Positions 27,876-38,567 of a stretch of DNA of 64,000 nucleotides are shown here, piece by piece. Source of the stretch: Octopus sinensis (lineage: Eukaryota). Location of the stretch: positions 992,001 to 1,056,000 of the forward strand of contig NC_043001.1 in assembly GCF_006345805.1 (NCBI RefSeq), read 5' to 3'. A program made the translations under genes and the position numbers. Below the pieces are notes generated by a model. That model saw only the letters and a program-made list of their open reading frames with translations. It was not told the DNA's origin and searched no databases. Numbering within the stretch: the stretch's first letter is position 1; each line of letters begins with the position of its first letter.

Positions 27876-28180
27876 GTTGTTTGTTCCTTCTCGAGCCATG
27901 CCTGGCTCATAGGGTGGGTTTCCTGGTTTCCTTGGCATATAGGTTCCCCACCTGGATGGGACGCCGGTCCGTCGTAGGTGAGCTGCAAGATGCAGGAGGA
28001 AAGAGTGAGAGAAAGTTGCGGCAAAAGAGTCAGCAGAAGTTCACCATTATCTTCTGCTGGATTCGTGTGGAGGTTAGGTGTTTCGCTCATAAACACACAT
28101 ATCGCCCAGTCTGAGATTTGAACCCATGATCCCTCGACCGCAAGTCCGCTGCTCTAACCACTAGGCCATGTGCCTCCACG
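27876..28180 (-). mobile_element. Young tRNA-derived SINE (family C)
   Basis: The head GGAGGCACATGGCCTAGTGGTTAGAGCAGCGGACTTGCGG...GGGTTCAAATCTC has clear A and B boxes. CpGs are retained and the tail is AACAAACAAC. Confidence 0.85.
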
Positions 28181-29584
28181 TGTGTGTGTATATATATAGA
28201 TGATAAGAAAATGGAGGAAAAACAACAATGGGAAGTGCGTCTTTGGTGCTAAAGAGCCGTTATTTAATTAGTTTAAGTAAGGTGAGGGTAAGAGTGAGTT
28301 TACAGTTGTTTCTGTGTACCATGTTGAGGTAAATATGTATTTACCTCGTTGCAAATGGTAGACATCACCAGGAGTGCCTTTGAATACATCTATCCCTTAG
28401 AGGGTTTAAACAGCTCTAACTTATACATTATATATATATATATATATGTATGTGACGGTAGGAACTGAACTCACAGTTTTGCAATCATGAGTCCAACACG
28501 CTAACCACTAAACCTCATACTCCACTGTGTATATATGTATGTGTGTGTATACATATATATGTATCCCAGAATTAGGGAATAGAGTAGATTTTATCTATTC
28601 CATTTCCTAATTTTTGGATATTTATTGACGTATACAACAACCCCTGTTGCTAACCATGGACTATAAAATTAGCTGGTTTCAGCTGATCCTACTTCAATAT
28701 GGGAACAATCCACAACTTTCTGTTCCAATAGATGACTATTGTTCCTGTCAGTTGTTCTTTTCTATCTTCCATGGATTGCTTGAAGCTCACTAACGTCTTA
28801 TACTTTGATCCTTGGATCTTACCTTTATGGGTGTGTATATATATATAAACGTATGTATATATATATATGTGTGTGTGTGTGCAATATATATACCTTGAGG
28901 GTATGCCTTGGCACTTGCCACTATCTATCCCTCTCTTCTTTTAACCTACCACCCCATTTATATTCTGATACCCACTTCTTGTGAATATACCGTGACACTT
29001 TGCCACCATCTCAAACCAGTTCTCTCTTGCACTCTTGCTGTCCCCCATTCTCTCTCTCTCTCTCTCTCTCTCTTGCTCCCCCCTTTGGCTATGTAACCAT
29101 ATCTTCCTCTACAGTAGCACACCTGTTTCTGTCCCACCCCCTCTGGCTGGGTAACCCTGTAATACCTCTACAGCAAGACACCTGTTTCTGTCTCTCTGTT
29201 TCTCTGACACACTCTAACTTTTCCTCACCTGACCCAAGATCGCCTCCTTCCCTCACACATGACCTTTGTTTTGCAAGTTATTTGGTGACCCTGCCAATGT
29301 TGATGCCATGTAAAACGGATCCAGTCTAACTATAAAGTGGTTGGTGTTTGGAAGGGCATACCTCTACAAAAACCATGCTAAAATTGACCTCGTCTGTGTT
29401 GGTGTCACAGGAAAAGCCCTCAATCCCCTCTGCTGGGTGGTTGGTGTTAGGAAAGGCATCCAGCTGTAAAAGCCATGCCAAAACAGACACACAAAGTATG
29501 GTGCAAGTTTCTGCCTGGCCAGCTCCTATCAAGCCATCCAACCCATGCCACCATAGAAAGTGGACATTAAATGACGATGATATA

Positions 29585-29861
29585 CACAGCTATTTAACTC
29601 CTCACCAAAACATCCGAGGAATCTCCCTGAAGTGGGAGTCGATGTTTTCAAGAAACAACTTGATCTCTCACTATCCAAGATCTCAGATGAACCAATATCA
29701 AGCAGGAATCTCAAAAGTGGGCAGCAGCATCAAACTCCCTCATTCACCAAAAGCCAAACCCATAGAATTGGCCACTTAAAAGGTGGTAACACTGGCAGTG
29801 CCTCAGCATGGCCACAGCCTCAAAGTTGAAACACATAAGAGAATAAAAGAATGAAAAGAAT
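29585..29861 (+). mobile_element. CR1/L2/I-group-like LINE 3' end
   Basis: Reads FNS..P..IR.L..VGVDVFKKQLDLSLSKISDEP...AASNSLIHQ across frameshifts, followed by the tail CAGCATGGCCACAG...GAATAAAAGAAT. Confidence 0.7.
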
Positions 29862-30574
29862 ATACATACACACACTCTCTCTCTCTCTAAATATAAGATC
29901 CAAGGATTGAGGTGTAAAAAGACAGCTTCAAGCAATCCATAGAAAATATAAAAAGGAACTTTCAGAGACAATGGTGGTTTATTGAGATGGAAGGTTGTGG
30001 ATTTTTTCGCATTGAATTATGATAAACTGAAAAAGGTTCATTTTATATTTCACGGTAGGCAACCAAAGTTGCTGGGTGTGCGAATAAGAATACAAGAGTT
30101 AAGGAAGGGAGTAGAATAAGATCTGGGCTACATATATTTCATAGCGAGCAGAACCTCAGAAGCGGTAAATATCCGAGTGAGTTGTATACTGCAGGCTACT
30201 CTACAGGCCAAAGATACCTTGATTATATCTATAAGGAGAATAAGAAAATGAAGAGGATAAACAATCGACAAACGTCAGCCTGTAAACATTCAATCTATTT
30301 ATTAATTGATGACAATCATGATCCAAATAAACAAATAGGAATAAATGAGTGGACAAATACTAAACTCTTACAGTTGTTTCTACCATGGGGGTTGCCAAAA
30401 CTTCCAGGTTTTCTGCATCACACCAGGCATATACAGGGATGAACAAACATTGGACAGCACTTGGATATAAATACATAGGGATACACCCAGTAGTATATTG
30501 GATATTTACTATCCCTTAGGTGGTTTCTTAACCTCTAGCTCATACACACACACACACACATATATATACAAGGA

Positions 30575-30740
30575 AAAATCCAGGCTAGTCAAGTCAGGGG
30601 AAAATGAAGGCCAGTTGACATTGCCATGGTGGGAGATTATTCACTCTTCAAAGCACTGCCATAACTGCATTGTTTCTCTTGTGGTATGGGCAGTTGCTCC
30701 ATCTTGCTGGAACCATGTGTGGAACCATTCTACTTTGAAT
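30575..30740 (-). mobile_element. Tc1/mariner transposase fragment
   Basis: The minus strand gives WFQQDGATAHT...NVNWPSFSPDLTSLDF. Confidence 0.8.
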
Positions 30741-30797
30741 GGCCAATACCACTAAGCATTTCATCCAACATGCTAACAATTCTGCCTGCTAACTACC

Positions 30798-30855
<58 letters not shown>

Positions 30856-30870
30856 TAATAATAATAATAA

Positions 30871-31194
<324 letters not shown>

Positions 31195-31540
31195 CAATAT
31201 AGAGATGAAACGAACTGATTAACACCTTTGATTTTAATAAAGTGACACTTAAATATTTTATTAGTTGGAATAATACCAGGGTACTTAACTATAATATCAG
31301 GGTACTTTTTTATTCTTTTCATTATTTCCATTTATATTTTTGTAGTTTGTTTTCAGTGTTCTTTTTTATCATCTGCTTATCTGGTTTCATGGTCAAAGAT
31401 AGAAAAATAAAATCCTCAACAACAACAACAACAAACCATGTAGAGCTCTGATAAAATGAGGTTATAATCTGCACCCCACCCCTCAAATTTGATCAATTTT
31501 TATGAACTCAATGGACTCCTCTCTTGTTAAAATATATCTT

Positions 31541-31556
31541 TATCTATCTATCTACC

Positions 31557-31642
<86 letters not shown>

Positions 31643-31712
31643 AATCTATCTATCTATTTATCTATCTACCTCTATCTATCTATCCACCTACTATCTATCT
31701 ATCTCTATCTAT

Positions 31713-31761
<49 letters not shown>

Positions 31762-31766
31762 AATTG

Positions 31767-31863
<97 letters not shown>

Positions 31864-31877
31864 AATTGATCTATCTA

Positions 31878-31948
<71 letters not shown>

Positions 31949-31955
31949 ATCTACT
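31541..31955. repeat. Compound (ATCT)n/(CT)n microsatellite
   Basis: Directly visible. It explains ORFs 31502 and 31524. Confidence 0.95.
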
Positions 31956-32773
31956 TATCTATCCCTATTTTTATACATATCTATTTTACTGATAGATTTA
32001 TATCTTTGTTACTGTTTTTTTATATTTTGTTGCTTTTGTCATGATCTTTATATTTTTTGCCAGATATCAGTAATAATTAAATAATGACTGTGTGTATGTG
32101 AGTGTGTCAGTGTGCATATATAGATATATGTATATGAGTGTGCGTATGTGTGTATTTATATATGCAGACATACGTGTGCAGATACAGAGATGTACTTTGG
32201 TTCACAAATTATATACACACTGAAACAAATAGAACTCCAAACAAACCAGATACACACACACACACACACGATATGAATGATGGTGCCTGTACATTCACTG
32301 TGAATGGTTGTGTGTGAAATGGGCTGATGGTAAGCAAAACTTGTGTGTATGTGTGTGTGCGTAAGTTTGTGGTTGTGTCTTCTTGAATGTGGATATGTAG
32401 GTGTATAACTGTGTCTATGGCAAGGGATCAAAGACGAGTAAAGTATTTGAAAAGATTAAACTACTTGGTGAGCTTTTGATGTTTGATTAAACCTAGAAAA
32501 CCGATGACTTTGCAAGGACATTGTGATGATCAGTGATATATTAAATGGCCAAAGATAGCAAAGCTACCTATCTTGTTTTCTAGTGAAGGAGATACAACGA
32601 TTGATCTCCTTTGAATAAAAACAATTAGCTATTATCAAAGAAATAACATTTACAAATGCAATACTTACAATTTTGTTAACTGTCCGACAAAGAGAAGATC
32701 ATTAGAATTACATGATGGATGGGAACTCTCACAATTACACACACATATACACGTGCGTGAGTGTGTGTATAAG

Positions 32774-33997
32774 CAGGGGTTAGACAAGATAATGGAAACA
32801 CCAAGCATCATAATTTTGAAATATCTATAAAATCGTCAAAAGCTTGCTTATTTTTTATGTTTTTTGATTTATTATTAGTGTTGCTTAATATGCTTTGCTA
32901 AAATTGCTGTTTCTCTTCAGATATCATCAGAAAAAGGTAATTAAAATTCATTAACATCACAGATCTATCGGAATTTCAAAGAGGTCAAATTGTTGGTGCT
33001 TGTATGGCAGGCACTAGCATAATGATAACAGCCAAAATGTTTGGTGTATCAAGAAGTACTGACTCTTTGAGAAAGAGGGAAAAACCTCCTTGTCAAAACT
33101 AAACTCTGGAAGAAAACTAAAACTTTCAGACAGGGACCATCGGACTCTTACACGAATTGTTAGAAAGGATCACAAAAGTACAGCTTCCAAAATTACTGTA
33201 GACCTTAATGACCCCCTCAAGAACCCAGTTTCCACAAAAGCTGTTCGTCAGGAGCTACACAAAGCCGGATTTCATGGGAGAGCTGCAATCAGAAAAACAC
33301 CACTTTCAAAAACAAACGTTGTAAAGCGTTTAGAGTGGAGTAAAAACCTACAGAATTGGTCTCCAGAACAGTGGAAGAATGTTATTTTCTTGGATGAGTC
33401 ATCCTATATCCTATTTCCAACCACCGGCTGAGTATATGTGTGGAGACAGCCAAAAGAAGCTTTTGACCCAGACTGCCTTCTTCCACCTGCTAAACATGGA
33501 GGAGGATCTGTGATGATCTGGACGGGGGGCTATATCTTGGAAATCTGCTGGTCCAGTGGTTTCCCTTCATGGCAGAATTAATAGTCAAGACTATTTAAGC
33601 ATTTTATCTGATCAAATTCGTCCTATGGTCTTTTAGGATGGTAATGCATCAATTCACACAGCTAAAGTTGTTACTGAATGGCATGAGGAATATTCTAGTG
33701 AAGTCGAACATTTTATATGGCCACCACAGTCCCCGAATCTCAATATTATTGAACATTTATAATGCATTTTAGAAAAACAAGTAAGGAGTTGATATCCTCC
33801 ACCATCATCGCTACAAGAACTGGAGACTGTTTTAGCTGAAGAATGGACAAAAATTCGTTTGGAAACAATTCAAACTTTGTACAAGTTCGTACCTTATAGA
33901 ATTCAAGCTGCAATTACTGCTAAAGGTGGTCCTACCCCATATTAAAATAAATTTGTTTGAAATTTTAAGGCATTTTCATTATTTTGTTCAGCCCCTG
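32774..33997 (+). mobile_element. Near full-length Tc1-like element with a decayed DDE transposase
   Basis: TIRs CAGGGGTTAGACAAGATAATGGAAA (32774) and TTTTCATTATTTTGTTCAGCCCCTG (to 33997). Translation gives DLSEFQRGQIVG, SGRKLKLSDRD, VIFLDES and WPPQSPNLNIIE. Confidence 0.93.
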
Positions 33998-34339
33998 TTT
34001 ATACTGAGTCTGACGAGGTGTCCACGAAACTTTGGCTTTTGTGGATATAAAACCTTTGGTAACCCTATGAGCAAAATTAAAATTTTTGGTGTAATACACA
34101 CACATATATATATATAGGTGTGTATATATAAATATTTATACCAAGTTAGACCAATGATGGCTTAACTGATTGAAACTTCAAAGGCATCGTCAATAAAATT
34201 CTTTTCCCTCTGTTTACCTGTCCCGTTTTCCATTTTTTCCTTGTCTACATATTTAACTTGTTTGTTTATGTACTTCATGCTATTTTCACCGTTGGTGATG
34301 TTCTGTACCCATATATGCATGTGTGTGTATATATATATG

Positions 34340-35934
34340 AGTAGAGGTTGGGGTCTACCAAGGTTCATTCCTCAGCCCCCTCCTATTTATCATACTCCTC
34401 CAGGCAATAACGGAGGAATTCAAGACAGGTTGCCGCTGGGAGCTCCTCTATGCTGATGATCTTGCTCTAATTGCTGAATCACTATCAGAACTGGAGGAGA
34501 GGTTTCAGGTGTGGAAACAAGGATTAGAATCGAAGGGCCTTAGAGTCAACCTAGCTAAAACCAAAGTCGTAATAAGTAGGAAGGTAGACAAATCACAAAC
34601 GCCTTCAGATAGATGGCCCTGCTCGATCTGTAGAAAAGGTATAGGTAGAAACTCTATAAGATGCACCAAGTGTAAGCTATGGACACATAAGAGGTGCAGC
34701 AATGTCAAAGGAAGGCTAACTAGGAAAATAGTTTTTGTATGTGGCAGATGCTCAGGAGCAATAAACACTGAAAATGCGCAGAGACCAACTTCCACCACAT
34801 TCCAGGGAGAAAAACTAGAAATAGTTGATAGCTTCCGTTACCTAGGCAACCAAGTCAGTAGCGGGGGTGGGTGTGCTGAAAGTGTAACTGCTAGAGTAAG
34901 AATAGCCTGGACAAAGTTCAGAGAGCTCTTACCTCTGCTGGTGACAAAAGGCCTCTCGCTCAGAGTAAAAGGCAGACTGTATGATGCATGTGTACGAACA
35001 GCCATGCTACATGGTAGTGAAACATGGGCCATGACTGCTGAGGATATGCATAAGCTTGCAAGAAATGAAGCCAGTATGCCCCGATGGATGTGTAATGTCA
35101 GTGTTCATACTCGACAGAGTGTAAGTACCTTGAGAGAAAAGTTGGATCTAAGAAGCATCAGTTGTGGTGTGCCAGAGAGGCGTTTGCGCTGGTATGGTCA
35201 TGTGACGAGAATGGATGAAGATAGTTGTGTGAAAAAGTGCCACACCCTAGCGGTTGAGGGAACCTGTGGAAGAGGTAGACCCAGGAAAACCTGGGACGAG
35301 GTAGTGAAGCACGACCTTCAAACTTTAGGTCTCACCGAGGAAATGACTAGAGACCGAGACCTTTGGAAATATGCTGTGTGTAAGAAGGCCCGGCAGGACA
35401 AGTGAGGCCATAACCCGTGGCCTCTACCTGTGATGTAGCCAGTTCACTTATGCATACCTTTCCTTCTTGGGACACAAAACTCTACTTGTGTAGACCTGTT
35501 GAGGCAAGTGAGAATCAGAATCGAAATCGATCAACATCAATGGAAATTGTAGCTGTGATACTAGTGCTGGTGGCACGTAAAAAGCACCATCCGATGGCCG
35601 TTGCCAGCCTCGCCTGGCCCCCATGCCAGTGGCACGTAAAAAGCACCATCCGATCATGGCCGTTGCCAGACTCGCCTGGCCCCCATGCCAGTGGCACGTA
35701 AAAAGCACCATCCGACCGTGGTGTTTACCAGCTCCGTCTGGCACCTGTACCGGTGGCACGTAAAAAGCACCCACTACACTCATGGAGTGGTTGGGGTTAG
35801 GAAAGGCATCCAGCCGTAGAAACATTGCCAGATCAGACAGGGCCTGGTGCAGCCTTCTGGCTTCCCAGACCCCAGTTGAACTGTTCAACCCATGCTAGCA
35901 TGGAAAGCGGACACTAAATGATGATGATGATGAT
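34340..35934 (+). mobile_element. 5'-truncated young RTE-clade LINE: RT C-terminal half, PHD-like finger, 3' UTR array and (ATG)n tail
   Basis: Stop-free frame 34341-35405 reading VEVGVYQGSFLSPLLF, LYADDL, YLG and GRGRPRKTW. The 3' UTR runs 35410-35934. Confidence 0.95.
35572..35771 (+). repeat. Tandem array of four exact GGCACGTAAAAAGCACC 17-mers at 59-62 bp period
   Basis: Units start at 35572, 35631, 35693 and 35755. Confidence 0.95.
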
Positions 35935-35993
35935 ATTTATATACTATTTGTTATTTAATTGAACATAACGCATCCATTTCCAAGTAAGTTTAT

Positions 35994-36064
<71 letters not shown>

Positions 36065-36700
36065 GGGTAATCAATTGTGCTCACTCATAATTTAGATATA
36101 AAAATTCTATCTAAGAGTGTCCATTGGTCCAGCAAACCCGAAATCTGGCGTTCTTCTTGCTCACTATTACTGGAATGGGTTTAATCTCTCTTCAATATAT
36201 ATATATATATATTGAAGGGAGCACCATGCCCATAAGAGATGTTATCTTAATCAAATGCTACAGTAAATTTGCCTTTCAATTATGTATTACATTAAGTGTG
36301 ATACATAGGTGTCTAGTTTAAATTAACACTGCTTCTATTAAGTATAACAATACATACATACATGTCATTTAATGTACACATAAAGGTAAGTGCTGCAAAT
36401 AGTTTGTTGCTGTGAAGACATGTTGATAAGCAAATTTTTATAATGTGCCTTGTGTCTCCTAGCAATCTTCAGACTCTGAGCACATGGTCTGTCCTATTTG
36501 AAAATCAGGACACTAGCAAATAAGAAACCACAAAAACAAAATGAGAAAGTCGATGAAAAGTGGAAGGGTGAATAACAAGAGAGAAAAAAAAAGAAAGAGT
36601 TGTGTCCTCTTCGACTGTAGAAGGCATAATTAAACTAGTCTGCAAGTGGGCGAGGTCTATGCATGTCCCCATTTTTGTGTGTGTGTGCATATATCTGTAT

Positions 36701-36733
<33 letters not shown>

Positions 36734-37593
36734 TGCTAAAAACAAAATCAGGAAAAAATGTAAATTTTCATCTTTTTTTTAGATAAATTGTTATAGAGAA
36801 AATTTTAATAAAAGAATTTATTGAAAACAATTCTTTCTACAGAAATCAATGCTGGTTGTCAATTTTTGCAAAATTTATCAATTTTTATTTCATTGGTTTT
36901 TAATCTTGATAGTAGAATTAGAAATTACATGAATTAAAAAAATGTAAAATACTGCTTAATTTTGCTTACTTATAACCTTATTTCCCCCCCCCCCTCCTCT
37001 TCAGCATCCTTTAATGTCCACTTTTCCATGCTGGAATGGGTCAGACAAAATTAATCGAAACAGGTTTTCTACTCCTGGATGCCTTTCATGTTAGCAATCC
37101 TGACAAGCAACGTGATATTTGCCCATGTCTTTTTTTTTATGGAACATTGAGCAGCTGTAATGAAGTCACCTGTTTCTGATTCAAGTCCAGATACAGCCGA
37201 CTATTGAGGGGTCATATCAGTATCTACATTAGCATTACTGGCCTTGTAGGTTGTTTGCCATTCAATGCCTTACTTCTCCAACAATTTCCCAGACCTGGGA
37301 TTCCATTCGGCATCTTTTCATCTGTTTTGCAGAGAGTTCTTCACTTTCATTTAATTGCATCTCAGTCTCATTGATCTTTGACTCCTTCACATATTTCACT
37401 TTGCTTCTTCTGACATTGACAACAGTTTCATGATACGTACACAACTTTAAGTGTCCAGTCATTAACATTCTTTACTCAAGTGTCTAACCCTATGGTTGTT
37501 GTGCATTATTTGCATACCTTTGTATCAAAATTTCTGATTTCACTGATTTCGCCTATTTTATGTTGTAGATCCCAGCAGGCATGATTAAGGCAC

Positions 37594-38091
37594 ATCATCA
37601 TCATCATTTAATGACCGTTTTCCATGCTAGCATGGGTTGGGCGGTCCGACCGGGGTCTGGCAAGCCATGGAGGCTGCATCAGGTTCTAGTCTGATTTGGC
37701 AGTGTTTCTACAGCTGGATGCCCCTCCTAACGCCAATCACTCCATGAGTGTAGTGGGTGTTTTTTACGTGCCACTGGCACAGGGGCCAGAGCAGGCTGGC
37801 AGACAGCTACGATCAGTTGGTGCTTTTACATGTCACTGACGCCAGTCAGGTGGCGCTAGTATCTGCCACGTTCGGATGGTGCTTTTTATGTGTCACCGGT
37901 ACGGGTGTCTTAACTACAATTTCCATTTGAATTTTTATTTTGATGTTGACGCTGACATACTTGACTCAATAGGTCTCCTCAAGAACAGCGGGTCACTCTA
38001 TGATCCAAGGTTAGCACAGCAGGCCATCCTGCGAGCCATGAACTCACTTCATTTGTCGGGTCTTCAAAGTCACAGCATATCTCCAGAAGAC
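37594..38091 (-). mobile_element. RTE 3' fragment nested in the R4-like element
   Basis: (ATG)n tail at 37594, array units near 37755, 37818 and 37877, and the CTGGAGATATGCTGTG end-of-ORF motif near 38080. Confidence 0.85.
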
Positions 38092-38355
38092 TGCATCAAT
38101 TCTGTTTCTTGCATTAAGTTTGTCCTTTAGGGTACCTCTAACTCTAGGATAACATTTTCCCCATATTTTCTCATGTATTTGTGAATATCAGATGCCATCC
38201 CTTCATATACACCTAAATATTTGTAATTTTTTGTCAGTATCTAATTCCTCAATGATGGTAGATCTGTCTATCTGTATGCTGCTTATTTTCAGAAGTTTTC
38301 CCCAGAAGAATGTGTTTTTAACACATTTATCAAGGCCAAACTCCATTCCAATATT

Positions 38356-38567
38356 CTTTTCTACTCAAGGCAAAAGGGCCGAAATTTTTGGGGTGGGGTG
38401 AGTTGATTAAATCGATCTTAGTACGCATCTGGTACTAACTTACCAACCCTGAAAGGATGAAAGGCAAAGTCGACCTTGGCAGAATTTGAACTCAGAATAT
38501 AAAGACAGACGAAATATTGTTAAGCCTTTTGCCCGGCATGTTAACGCTTCTGCCAGCTTGCCACCTT
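38356..38567 (-). mobile_element. SINE (family A) insertion with a 17-bp target-site duplication
   Basis: AACTCCATTCCAATATT occurs at both 38339-38355 and 38568-38584. Removing the insert restores the RT motif GMEFGLDKC. Confidence 0.93.

Noticed and set aside
28103-28177. tRNA gene
   Set aside because: It has A and B boxes but no proper acceptor stem, and continues into a SINE body. The same applies to the tRNA-like heads near 12380 and 28470.
31502-32084. Long ORFs (180 and 186 aa) and other YLSI/HT/CV/I-rich ORFs across the track
   Set aside because: They are translations of microsatellites that lack stop codons.
35572-35771. CRISPR array
   Set aside because: The spacers are homologous to each other, the array is part of a LINE 3' UTR repeated many times, there are no cas genes, and the context is eukaryotic.
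37274-37409. Exon candidate RSKVKYVKESK...WEIVGE with a GTAAGG donor
   Set aside because: It lies inside the R4/Dong-like RT C-terminal region. The flanking TTIGLDT, WRSKALNG and ETGDFITAAQ motifs are LINE-derived.
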